A DNA stretch of 18,213 nt from Candidatus Bipolaricaulia bacterium (GCA_046758705.1 JBHIAT010000064.1:1-18213), one strand, 5' to 3'. Counted from the stretch's first letter, positions 6,800 to 15,694 are shown. The notes: generated by a model not told the origin, from the sequence alone. Made by a program: numbers and translations.

Positions 6800-7849
6800 T
6801 CATTCCTCCTCGTCCCTGACTTCGGCGGCGAGCCACGCAGGGACTTTCAGCTGTTCGCCGAGGTGATCCCCGTCCTCGTCGATGAGAAAGCCTGGACCTC
6901 GTGTCGCGATCTCAACGATGACCCCGTCAGGGTCTTGGAAGTAGATCGACTTAAAGTAGGTGCGGTCGATCACCTCGGTCGTTGCGATGTCGAGGCGGTT
7001 CAGGTGGTCCTTCCAGGCCAACTGCTCTTGCTCATCCTCGGCAACCAAGGCGATGTGGTGGGTCAGGCCGACACTGGGAAAGCCACGCCGCAGATCTGGG
7101 TACTCGAAGACGGTCACCAGCGTCCCCGGCCTGCCGATCTCATCCCCGAAGAACAGATGTCGGTGGTCGGGATCGTCAAAGTTCTGGGTCTGCTTGACGA
7201 GCCGGAACCCGAGCGCCTCGGTGTAGAACCGGATCGTCCGGTCCATATCGGAGCCGAGCAGACTGACATGGTGTAGCCCTTGCAATCGCATCTCCGCCGT
7301 GATCTCATCCACGTCACCGATCGCCTCAAGACGTGCCTCGATCTCCGGATCGCGGCCTCGGAGTTGAGGGCGCTGATACATCTGAGGCGGGGGGTTCAAC
7401 GCCTGACCGAGGTGGTTCTCATCTTCATCGATGAGGAAGCCTGGGCCGCGGGTGGCGATCTCGAGGATGATTCCGTCGGGATCGTGAAAGTAGATCGACC
7501 GGAAGTAATTTCTATTATAGGGGCCGGAGACCCGCACATCGTGCCCTTCGAGCCAGTTCACCCAGTGGCATTGGGCGGTCTCATCGGCCACGATGAACGC
7601 AGTATGGTGGTTGACGCCGACGCCCATCCGACCAGGGCTTCCGTCTGGGTACTCGAAGAAGGTCATCAACGTCCCAGGGGAACCGACCCGATCGCCAAAG
7701 TAGAAATGTTTGGCGGACGGGTCATCGAAGTTGACCGCTCGCTTGACGAGCCGTAGACCGAGCAGTTCGGTGTAGAACCGGATTGTCTCCTCCATATCCG
7801 CGCAGATGAGGGTAACGTGGTGAAGACCGTGCGTGTTGAGTTTCGGCAT
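6800..7849 (-). CDS. VOC/glyoxalase-family ring-cleaving dioxygenase-like protein (MhqO/PcpA-related), internally duplicated
   Basis: GLHHV, RFYT..LG.RLVK..NFDDP, RxYFxSIYFxDPDG and EIATRGPGF are each present twice. Confidence 0.9.
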   Translation of the reverse strand: MPKLNTHGLHHVTLICADMEETIRFYTELLGLRLVKRAVNFDDPSAKHFYFGDRVGSPGTLMTFFEYPDGSPGRMGVGVNHHTAFIVADETAQCHWVNWLEGHDVRVSGPYNRNYFRSIYFHDPDGIILEIATRGPGFLIDEDENHLGQALNPPPQMYQRPQLRGRDPEIEARLEAIGDVDEITAEMRLQGLHHVSLLGSDMDRTIRFYTEALGFRLVKQTQNFDDPDHRHLFFGDEIGRPGTLVTVFEYPDLRRGFPSVGLTHHIALVAEDEQEQLAWKDHLNRLDIATTEVIDRTYFKSIYFQDPDGVIVEIATRGPGFLIDEDGDHLGEQLKVPAWLAAEVRDEEE

Positions 7850-7879
7850 CTATTCGTCCCCCATGGTGAAAGCTTTTGA

Positions 7880-7931
7880 TGTGACAGGATCGGTCACAGA
7901 TAAGGGTAGCAGATCGCTCGGTGGGTTTCAA
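7880..7931 (-). promoter_or_regulatory. Putative promoter and operator of the dioxygenase operon
   Basis: TTGAAA (7931-7926), 17 nt, TACCCT (7908-7903) with extended TG. The inverted repeat TGTGAC-N7-GTCACA (7880-7898) sits at the predicted +1. Confidence 0.5.
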
Positions 7932-7973
7932 GACTGTGGAGTCAACACACAATGTCAAGATCCTCATTGAAAC

Positions 7974-9392
7974 TCAAGTTTCCTCCCAGAGCTTGCTTAT
8001 TGCATCCAGCGTGAGTGTAACCACGCCGGCCTCCCGGGCCAGGCGCTTTGCCTGCGGAGTGAAACCGGCCCGACTGACGGCTAGCAGATACTCCTTCCGC
8101 GTCTCCCGGTGCCACATGATCCGCGCTTTCCGCTCCAGCAGATCTCTGATGAGCCTGTGTCCGACCGGTCGGGCAGTCCATTTCACCTCACCGAACAGGA
8201 TGGTGTTATCACGCTCGTTGACGGCCACTACATCAATCTCTTCACCAGTCCGGCTCCACCAGCGCCCGATCTGAGTGAAATCAAGTGAAATCCCGTTGAG
8301 TTCGTGATGATTGTAAGCGATCAGCACCTCCCGGACGATCTGCTCGAACGTCGGGCCGACGAAGGCATCCAGATTCTTCTTGATGAACTCGATCACCGTA
8401 GTTGTGTTACCGAGCTCCAGGGCGCTGAAGTTCGGATAGATAAACCGATACCAGAAGCGAAAAAAGTTCTCTGAGATCTGGTAACGTCCCATCTTCTGTT
8501 TTCCTAACACCGGCGCTTCGGGGATGACCAGGTCCATCAGCTTATGGAGCGTCTTCAGGTAATAGGGAAGTTGTGTTGCCTCGATCCCCACCTGATCGCT
8601 GATCTCCTTGACGGTCGCCTTGCCGGAGGCGATGGCGTGAAGGATGGAGTTGTATCGACCGATTTCCTTAAGTTCCGCGGTTAGCAGGGTCCGAGGCTCC
8701 TCCCGAAGTGGAGCGCCCGGTGCAACGATCAGTGCCTCAATAATCTTCAGGATCTCTTTCTTTCGAGATCGTTTCACCAGGTCGAGGTAGTAGGGAGTCC
8801 CACCAAAGACGGCGTAAATCCTCACCTTATCAACCTCGTTCAATCCCTCGAACATCGATCGCATCTGCTGGTAGTTGAAGGGTTTGATCTTCTGGATTCC
8901 GGTCGTCCGGCCGAACAGTGGGGCGGTAGCCGATAGTGCGACCTTCTGCATCATCCCGATCGAGGAGCCCATGAGAACAGCCATCACCGGCAGGTCTTTC
9001 AGAGTCTGATCCCATTCATACTGAAGTCGTGTGATGACCCGGGGCGAAGTGGACAGCAGCCGTTGAAACTCGTCGAGAGCGAGGATGAGCAAACCACGCT
9101 TCGCCTTCTCGTTGAGATATGTGAAGAAACTCTCGATCCGGTTGAAATCGACCAGATCGCTGGTCTGTTCACGAATCGACTGGGAGAAGCTTTGAAACAG
9201 GTCTCGCTCCTCGGCGAGGTCTGTGTAGAGATAGATGCCACCTTCGGTCCGCCTGAGGAACTCTTGGATCAGGGTCGTCTTGCCGACACGCCTCCTGCCG
9301 TAGAGGACGATCAGTTCACCGAATCGGGTCGCTTCGACTGATCGCTTTCTCTGAAGTAGATAGTTCAATTCGGCTTCTCGATTGTAAAACAT
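7974..9392 (-). CDS. Archaeal-type ATPase (AAA+/STAND-like) with winged helix and C-terminal DUF234-like PD-(D/E)XK nuclease domain
   Basis: MFYNRE.EL start, Walker A YGRRRVGKT, Walker B LDEFQ, GGTPYY, NFFRFWYRF and WW...EIDVVA...FGEVKW. Confidence 0.9.
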   Translation of the reverse strand: MFYNREAELNYLLQRKRSVEATRFGELIVLYGRRRVGKTTLIQEFLRRTEGGIYLYTDLAEERDLFQSFSQSIREQTSDLVDFNRIESFFTYLNEKAKRGLLILALDEFQRLLSTSPRVITRLQYEWDQTLKDLPVMAVLMGSSIGMMQKVALSATAPLFGRTTGIQKIKPFNYQQMRSMFEGLNEVDKVRIYAVFGGTPYYLDLVKRSRKKEILKIIEALIVAPGAPLREEPRTLLTAELKEIGRYNSILHAIASGKATVKEISDQVGIEATQLPYYLKTLHKLMDLVIPEAPVLGKQKMGRYQISENFFRFWYRFIYPNFSALELGNTTTVIEFIKKNLDAFVGPTFEQIVREVLIAYNHHELNGISLDFTQIGRWWSRTGEEIDVVAVNERDNTILFGEVKWTARPVGHRLIRDLLERKARIMWHRETRKEYLLAVSRAGFTPQAKRLAREAGVVTLTLDAISKLWEET

Positions 9393-9405
9393 TTGGGATA
9401 CCGAA

Positions 9406-9449
9406 GTTATAGTTGAAACTATTATAGTCTAAACTATAATTATTGTCAA
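9406..9449 (-). promoter_or_regulatory. Consensus promoter overlapped by two tandem palindromes
   Basis: TTGACA (9449-9444), 17 nt, TATAAT (9426-9421). Palindromes ATTATAGT-CTAA-ACTATAAT (9421-9440) and GTTATAGT-TGAA-ACTATTAT (9406-9425). Confidence 0.85.
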
Positions 9450-9488
9450 GGATCATCCCGACCACAGCTGAGACTCGGATGGCATACC

Positions 9489-10343
9489 CTATCCCTGATC
9501 TCTTTTCCCACGGATTCTTTCCCATCCTCCCAGTCCTCCAGTCCATCCCTGGGCGAACTGGCGGGGGAGGAGCAGGTAGATGAGAACGATCGGGATGAGC
9601 GCGATCTCCAGGCCGGCGAACAACAGATCCCAACGATGGCTGTAGGTGTTGAAGAACTCGCTGATGCCCAGAGGGATCGTCTTCAGTCGATCCGATCGGA
9701 GCAACACGAGCGGTAGGAACAGGTCGTTCCAGATGGTGACGAAGTTGAGAATGGCGACGGTCGCCAGGGCAGGGCGCAGGAGCGGCAGGACGATCCGCCA
9801 GTAGATCCGCAAGTCGCCCGCCCCATCGATCCGGGCGGCCTCCTCGATCTCCCGGGGCACGCCCCGCAAGAAGTGGGCGAGGATGAAGATGGAGATGGGC
9901 ATGCCGATCCCCATATAGACCAGGATCAGTCCGGTCCGCGTGTCGAGCAGATGCAGGTCGCGGAGCAGGGTGAAGATCGGCAGAACCGCCAGCCGAAACG
10001 GTAGCATCAACCCGGCCAAGAAGTATAGCGACAGAATCATGCCGGACCGAACAGGGAGGCGGGTCAGGGCGTAAGCGGCCATCGAGCCGAACGCCAGGAT
10101 TCCGACCACCGAGACACCGCTGACCCACAGACTGTTCTTGAACGAGATGCTGAAGTCGGCACGCTGCCAGGCTTCGATGTAATTTCCCCAACGCGGTGGG
10201 TAGGGGAGACCAAACGGATCGGTGAAGATCCCGGTCGGATCCTTGAGTGAGTCAAGTAACCCTATGGACAATGGGAGGAGGGCGACGAGGGCGTAGCTGA
10301 GTAGTAGGCCTTGGATCCCGAGCTTCACGATACGGGTGTGCAT
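9489..10343 (-). CDS. Carbohydrate ABC transporter permease (MalG-like)
   Basis: Multiple TM segments, EAA loop VPREIEEAARIDGA, WNDLFLP. Confidence 0.93.
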   Translation of the reverse strand: MHTRIVKLGIQGLLLSYALVALLPLSIGLLDSLKDPTGIFTDPFGLPYPPRWGNYIEAWQRADFSISFKNSLWVSGVSVVGILAFGSMAAYALTRLPVRSGMILSLYFLAGLMLPFRLAVLPIFTLLRDLHLLDTRTGLILVYMGIGMPISIFILAHFLRGVPREIEEAARIDGAGDLRIYWRIVLPLLRPALATVAILNFVTIWNDLFLPLVLLRSDRLKTIPLGISEFFNTYSHRWDLLFAGLEIALIPIVLIYLLLPRQFAQGWTGGLGGWERIRGKRDQG

Positions 10344-10361
10344 CCCTTCCCCCTTGTCAAG

Positions 10362-11285
10362 CTAAGGTTGGAGATCGATGTAGATCCTCCAAAGCCGATG
10401 GACTAGCACAAGCGATCCGACGAGGACGGGGATCAGGATCAGGGTGGCGATCGCGGCACCCATCCCGATCCCCATGCCGAACACGTCATCCGGTCCGCCG
10501 AACGCCGTTCGGTAGAAGAAGGTCGCGAGCAGGTCGGTCGCCCCAGAGGGGCCGGCCGTGATCCCCTCAAGCGCGAAGACGATATCGAAGGCGTTGAAGC
10601 TGGCGATCAGGTTCAGGAACATGAGCACCAGGAACGTCGGTCGGAGGAGCGGGAGTTCGACGTGGAAGAACTCCTGAAACCGGTTGCAGCCATCGAGGCG
10701 AGCCGATTCCCGGTACTCGTCTGGGATGGCAAGCAGGGCGGCCAGGAAGATCAACACCGGAAAGCCGAGCAATCGCCAGCTGAAGACGAAGGCGACGGTG
10801 GGCAGGGCCCACCTAGGATCCCCAAGCCACGGTTTGGCCAGCGCCCCCAGGCCGATAGCCCTGAGCCCCTGGTTGACCAACCCCCACTGAGGGTTGAGGA
10901 GTAAGCTCCACAGGAACCCCACCACCACGACCGACAGCGCGTAAGGAAGCAGGTAGGCGATCTGGTAGAATCCGATCCCCCGGACCCCGGCGCGCAGCAT
11001 CAGAGCGATCCCCAGGCCAGCGATGGTGGTGACGGCCATGGTGAGTCCGAAGAAGGTCAGGTTGTGGCGCAACGCCGCGTAGAACGCCTCAGAGAGCGAC
11101 GGCTCGCTGAGCAACCGGACGTAGTTCTCGATGCCGATGTAATGGAGCGGGCCGATCCCTAACCAGTCGGTGAAGCTGTAGCGGATGTTGTTCACAAGCG
11201 GCCAGACGACGAACGTTGAATAGAGGAGGAGCGCCGGAACCAGCATCATGAGGTAGCCATGCTTGCTCAGGAAGCGGCTCATCAC
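10362..11285 (-). CDS. Carbohydrate ABC transporter permease (MalF-like)
   Basis: SFTDW..GIENY, EAA loop IPDEYRESARLDG, multiple TM segments. Confidence 0.93.
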   Translation of the reverse strand: MMSRFLSKHGYLMMLVPALLLYSTFVVWPLVNNIRYSFTDWLGIGPLHYIGIENYVRLLSEPSLSEAFYAALRHNLTFFGLTMAVTTIAGLGIALMLRAGVRGIGFYQIAYLLPYALSVVVVGFLWSLLLNPQWGLVNQGLRAIGLGALAKPWLGDPRWALPTVAFVFSWRLLGFPVLIFLAALLAIPDEYRESARLDGCNRFQEFFHVELPLLRPTFLVLMFLNLIASFNAFDIVFALEGITAGPSGATDLLATFFYRTAFGGPDDVFGMGIGMGAAIATLILIPVLVGSLVLVHRLWRIYIDLQP

Positions 11286-11298
11286 ATCACGATCGACC

Positions 11299-12606
11299 CT
11301 AACGGTCGAACGACCAGCCGGGGTGCCACCACCCGGAGATGCCGACCTGGATCCGTCTCGCCGCCTCCTCCGGGGGGATGAGGCCGGCGACCATCTCCTG
11401 GAGGTTTCGCTGCATCAGCTGGGTGATCGACGGGCGTCCCAGATTGAAGACCGAACCATTGGCATAGATCGGCTCCAGGGCCCGGTCCAGAAAGCCGAGC
11501 GCCTGGTGAGACAGCGGCAGATCGTCGTCAATGACCACCCCGGGAACGGGCGAGATGATGTTCAGCTTCCGCGCCAACAGCTCGCCCATCTCCCGGCTTG
11601 CCAGGAAGTTCGCCAGTCGCAGCACCGCCTCCCGTTTCTCCTCAGGAAGGCGCGCGTTGACCGCGATACCCGCGGCTATAAAAGTATAGGCAAGTGGCTC
11701 CTGGGACCGATCCCGGGGCGGGGCGAGGAACATCCCGATCTTCCCCTCGATCTCGGGATTGATCAGCCGGTGTAACGTCAGTCGTTCGATCCCACCAAAG
11801 ATCATGGCCACCTCGCCGTTGGCGAACGCAGTGGCCTGATCCATATCGTTGGTGGCCATGAAGTCCGGTTGAAAGTAGGGGACAAGCTCAAGCAGCATCC
11901 TCAGGCTGTCGACGAACTTCTCGTCGGTGAAGTTGACCTGTCCGGCAACCAGTTGTTCGGTCCATTCGTTCCGCAAGAACGAGGCGCCGATCACTTCATG
12001 GATCAGCATCCACATCCATGCCTCCCGTCCGGCCACGAAGAACGGAGTCACCCCGTTCGTCTGCAGTGTGCGGGCAATCTCCAACAGCTCGTCCCAGGTA
12101 CTGGGCTCACGCAGGTCGAAGCGCTCAAAGATCTCGGTGTTATAAAAGATCTGGAGTGTCTGGATCGAGGTGGGGATCGCATAGATCTGACCCCGATAGC
12201 TGACCGCCTCCCGTGACACCTGGGAATACTCGGCCAGGATCGGGATCCGATCGTCCAACGGCATCACCAGACCGGCCCGTGCGTAGAGAGCAGGCATGGG
12301 GTTCGTCCGCACCAGGAAGATATCGGGCCCCCGCCCTGCCTGAAGCGCGATGTTGAGCACGGAGTTATAGAGCGGCGCAGCGATCCCCCTGGTGTGGAGC
12401 TCAATCTCGGGGAAGCGGCGTTCGGCCTCGGCGAACTCCTCCCGGAGCAGGGCCGCCGGACCCCATACCCAGAAGCTGACCCTGGTCCGCTCCGCGGCCA
12501 CTCCGTTCACGAGGATCAGGAGCAAGAGAAAGATCAGGGTTACAAACGAGCCAAGAAACCTGCGTTTCAACTGAAGCTTCACCCCACGGCGATTGCCATC
12601 CATCAT
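11299..12606 (-). CDS. ABC transporter extracellular solute-binding protein (family 1, sugar-type)
   Basis: Signal peptide without a lipobox Cys. GPDIF, GQIYAIP..IFYN.EIF, P.TWDELL and FANGEVAM motifs. Confidence 0.9.
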   Translation of the reverse strand: MMDGNRRGVKLQLKRRFLGSFVTLIFLLLLILVNGVAAERTRVSFWVWGPAALLREEFAEAERRFPEIELHTRGIAAPLYNSVLNIALQAGRGPDIFLVRTNPMPALYARAGLVMPLDDRIPILAEYSQVSREAVSYRGQIYAIPTSIQTLQIFYNTEIFERFDLREPSTWDELLEIARTLQTNGVTPFFVAGREAWMWMLIHEVIGASFLRNEWTEQLVAGQVNFTDEKFVDSLRMLLELVPYFQPDFMATNDMDQATAFANGEVAMIFGGIERLTLHRLINPEIEGKIGMFLAPPRDRSQEPLAYTFIAAGIAVNARLPEEKREAVLRLANFLASREMGELLARKLNIISPVPGVVIDDDLPLSHQALGFLDRALEPIYANGSVFNLGRPSITQLMQRNLQEMVAGLIPPEEAARRIQVGISGWWHPGWSFDR

Positions 12607-12627
12607 ACCTCCCTGAGAAGCGGACTG

Positions 12628-15411
12628 TCAAGGTTGCACATCTTTCCGTTCATCCCTCATCCGGTGCGTCAGGAGCGCGGGGAGCAGCGTGAGGCTGAAC
12701 AGGGTGGTGAACCCGATCCCGAGGGTCGCTGAGATGCCGAGCATCTGGGTCCCGGGCGTTCTAGCGAACAGCAGGCTTCCGAAGACCATCAGCGTGGTCA
12801 ACGAGGTAACCAGGATCGCCAGGCCGGTGGAAAGCAATGCCCGTTTGATATCGTGCACCTCCCGGTAGCCATGAAGCAGATGGATGCCATGGTCGACCCC
12901 GATGCCGATCAACAGCGGGGAGATCAGAATGTTGATGAAGTTGAAGCTGATTCCCAGAATGCCCATCCCCCCGAGCATCCACGCGTACCCCAGCGCCAGG
13001 GGCAAGATCGCCAGCAGTGCGTCTCTGATTCTCCGGAAACTCCCAATCAGTAAGAGCAAGATGACGGCGACGGCAATCGCCGTCGACACCCAGAAGTCGC
13101 GCTTGATATAATCGGCCAACCGGCCTTGGATCATCGCTAACCCCAGAAAATCCTCAGCGAACTCGGAGGCACGGTTAACGAACGCGTTCAGCTGATCTTC
13201 CTGGAATATTTCGGGGCCGACGTGGGCGTAGATGACGAACTCGCCCTCGGGCGTAAGATAGCGGCTCCTCAGGGCGTTGGGGAGGCTCATTGTCAAGGTG
13301 CGCAGATCGATCCCCTCCTCAGTGGGGGCGATGTTTACACCATTAAAGAGTGTCTCGAACTGTACGCTCAACTGTTTAACCCCATCCTCCAGTTCTCGGA
13401 GGTCGGCGACCGTCCCGGATCGGTTCAACTGGATCAACTGCCCACGGAGGCCGGTGAGCTGGCCAATCAGTCCTTGAAGCTTTATCATCAGATCCCCGTG
13501 GCCGGACAGCGATAACGCCATCCCGAGGGGGGATAGGTTGAGGAGAAGTCGATCGATCTCCTCCAAGATCATGCGGCGCTCCTCCAGGTTGGTGCGTATC
13601 CAGGAGAGCTCCCGGCCTCGCTCACGGATCGCATGGGGCAGTGATGCAAGTCGAGTGAGCGTCTCGGTCCGCTCAGTGTAATCGGCGGGAAGCAAACTCT
13701 TGATCGAGCTGGTCGCGTTCACCATCGTCAGATCAGCCAAATTTTTCGAGATAAGTTCGAGTTCTTGGGATGTTTTGGCGAAGAATAAGAAGAAACGACC
13801 CAAATTTTTGACCTGTTGAGGCCCAAAATGCTCTTCAATTCGTTTTAAAGTCCGTTGACTCTCTAATCCCTGAGGTATAAGTCGCTCCTCCGAGAAGATG
13901 AACCGCACCCGGGCCGCTTGGGAAACCATGAACAGGGTGAGGAGAACGGTGATGATCATCAAGCCCGTCCTCCGCCTCAGGATCGTTCCTGCTAGACCTG
14001 GACCCCATCTCGGTCGCCTGCGGGGCGTCAGCGGCAGACGGAACGGAAGCCGGCGGTCGATGCGATGCACGGTGACGATGAGGGCGGGCATCACGAACAA
14101 CTCGGCGACGAAGGTGGCGAGCACGCCGCCCCCCCCGATTATCCCCATCTCATAGAGACCTCGGGAGCGAGCTACCAGTAAGCTGAGGAAGACGAGCGTG
14201 GTGGTGAACGCGGCCGTCAGCGTCGCCTCCCCCTTGTTGAGGATCATCGACTCGATCGCCTCCGGCACACTCTTTCCGAGTTCCCGTTCCTCGCCATACC
14301 GGGCCAGGAGGTGGATCCCGTAGTCGATGCCCAGCCCCAGGATCACAGCGGGCAAGAATCCGGTGATCAGATTCAGATGGCCGATGGTGAGCTTGGCCCA
14401 GGCGAGCATCATGACCACACCCATCCCCAGGGGGATGAGGATCAGCACGGTATAGAGCGGAGTCCCGAAGAACAGCAAGAAGATGATGGCCACCCCGACC
14501 GAAGAGATGATGGTGATGAACCGGATATCCTCCCGGATGATCCGATTTTGCTCGTGGGTGGCGAGATAGGATCCGGTGAGGTTCACTTCAATCCCCTCGG
14601 CTTCGAGCGGTTTGAGCTGGGATCGGACCGTCTTCACGATCCGGGCGTTGTAGGCAAGACTCCGTTGCGAACCCAGCCGGGGTCTGACGTTGACGAGCAG
14701 CATCCGGCCGTCTGGTGACAGGTAGAGATGCTCCTCCTCGGCTTGGCTCAACCGGGCATCCATCGCCTCTGTCAGCTCGAGGAGAGAAGCGAGTTCCACC
14801 CGCCTGACCTCCAGGTCGGAGAGCTCCCTGAGCGCGTGTGCCACTTGGTCGTTCAACCGGCCCAGTTCCTCCAACCGCCGGGCGATCCCTTCAGGATCCA
14901 CCCGCCCGCCGCTGCCGGCCGGCGCCTCTTCGATCGCCCGATTCAGCTCCCGGTAGATCTCGGCCAGACGTGATTCTGTGGGAGGAAGCTCGGGGCGCGT
15001 CAGGAACGCGTCGAGCTCATCGCGGTGACGCTCCACGGCCTCCGCCACCTCCCCGCTCAGGATGGGGCGGAGGGGTATCGCCCCCTCACCATAGCGGACC
15101 TCCACGATCTCCTCATCGCGCAACAGCGAGATGGTCAGTTGTTCAGCGGCCTGCTTCAGCCGTTCTTCATCCGCGTTCGCTGACGCGAGCAATACCGTCA
15201 GGTAATCCGCTCCGGAGATCGTACGCTCCCGTCCCTGGAACGTCTCGATGAGTGGGTCCCCGTTTGGGAATAGGGTCAGGGTTGAGCTATCGACCTTCAG
15301 ATCGCGAATATAGAGGCCAGAACCCAGAGTCAGTCCGGTGAAGACGACCAGGATCCATCCACTATAAGACCGGATTAATCGGTAGATCGCTCTCAGGAAG
15401 CTATTTCTCAT
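12628..15411 (-). CDS. MMPL/RND-family transporter (HpnN/MmpL-like)
   Basis: 927 aa with two repeats of 1+5 TM helices carrying GLGIDYGIH and GIGVDHGIH, and large helical extracytoplasmic loops. Confidence 0.9.
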   Translation of the reverse strand: MRNSFLRAIYRLIRSYSGWILVVFTGLTLGSGLYIRDLKVDSSTLTLFPNGDPLIETFQGRERTISGADYLTVLLASANADEERLKQAAEQLTISLLRDEEIVEVRYGEGAIPLRPILSGEVAEAVERHRDELDAFLTRPELPPTESRLAEIYRELNRAIEEAPAGSGGRVDPEGIARRLEELGRLNDQVAHALRELSDLEVRRVELASLLELTEAMDARLSQAEEEHLYLSPDGRMLLVNVRPRLGSQRSLAYNARIVKTVRSQLKPLEAEGIEVNLTGSYLATHEQNRIIREDIRFITIISSVGVAIIFLLFFGTPLYTVLILIPLGMGVVMMLAWAKLTIGHLNLITGFLPAVILGLGIDYGIHLLARYGEERELGKSVPEAIESMILNKGEATLTAAFTTTLVFLSLLVARSRGLYEMGIIGGGGVLATFVAELFVMPALIVTVHRIDRRLPFRLPLTPRRRPRWGPGLAGTILRRRTGLMIITVLLTLFMVSQAARVRFIFSEERLIPQGLESQRTLKRIEEHFGPQQVKNLGRFFLFFAKTSQELELISKNLADLTMVNATSSIKSLLPADYTERTETLTRLASLPHAIRERGRELSWIRTNLEERRMILEEIDRLLLNLSPLGMALSLSGHGDLMIKLQGLIGQLTGLRGQLIQLNRSGTVADLRELEDGVKQLSVQFETLFNGVNIAPTEEGIDLRTLTMSLPNALRSRYLTPEGEFVIYAHVGPEIFQEDQLNAFVNRASEFAEDFLGLAMIQGRLADYIKRDFWVSTAIAVAVILLLLIGSFRRIRDALLAILPLALGYAWMLGGMGILGISFNFINILISPLLIGIGVDHGIHLLHGYREVHDIKRALLSTGLAILVTSLTTLMVFGSLLFARTPGTQMLGISATLGIGFTTLFSLTLLPALLTHRMRDERKDVQP

Positions 15412-15430
15412 CTACTTGACAAACCCACCC

Positions 15431-15459
15431 ATTCTACCGGAAAGTCCGGCCGCGCTCAA
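15431..15459 (-). promoter_or_regulatory. Putative promoter of the MMPL-ABC operon
   Basis: TTGAGC (15459-15454), 17 nt, TAGAAT (15436-15431), giving a very short leader to the ATG at 15411. Confidence 0.5.
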
Positions 15460-15512
15460 CTGTTCCCGACACACCTTGCGGCGCCGAGGTGAGGTTGGGG
15501 GAGGCAATGCGG

Positions 15513-15547
15513 AAGTTGCTCCTCTCTGATAGGGAGCAACTTTTTTT
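15513..15547 (+). terminator. Intrinsic terminator-like hairpin
   Basis: AAGTTGCTCC, 9-nt loop (TCTCTGATAG minus one base depending on register), GGAGCAACTT, continuing into a T7 run. No upstream plus-strand gene is evident. Confidence 0.55.
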
Positions 15548-15563
15548 CGCTCCCCGAGTATTT

Positions 15564-15592
15564 TTGACAATCCGGTGAACCGGTGCTATAAT
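15564..15592 (+). promoter_or_regulatory. Consensus sigma70 promoter of the spt operon
   Basis: TTGACA (15564-15569), 17 nt, TATAAT (15587-15592) with extended TG. The spacer contains the palindrome CCGGT-GA-ACCGG. Confidence 0.85.
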
Positions 15593-15694
15593 TTGGCCAA
15601 ATTGGGATGGACTGCTGAGTCCTTGATCCCGGATATGCAGATCTATATGCCCCTCAAGGAGGTCAAAAAGGAGGAGGATTCTAACCTAACCCCC

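Noticed and set aside
7974-9392. ATPase as the missing ABC nucleotide-binding subunit
   Set aside because: No LSGGQ signature. It has its own promoter and a nuclease-like C-terminus.
9316-10191. 291-aa alternative-frame ORF and the many other shadow ORFs
   Set aside because: They overlap well-supported genes, are Arg/Pro/Gly-rich without motifs, and are expected in high-GC DNA.
15416-15421. Plus-strand TTGACA as promoter for an sRNA ending at the 15547 terminator
   Set aside because: No plausible -10 at 16-18 nt spacing.
15575-15634. ORF-track GTG start of spt at 15575
   Set aside because: It lies within the -35/-10 spacer of the promoter, so it would not be on that transcript.
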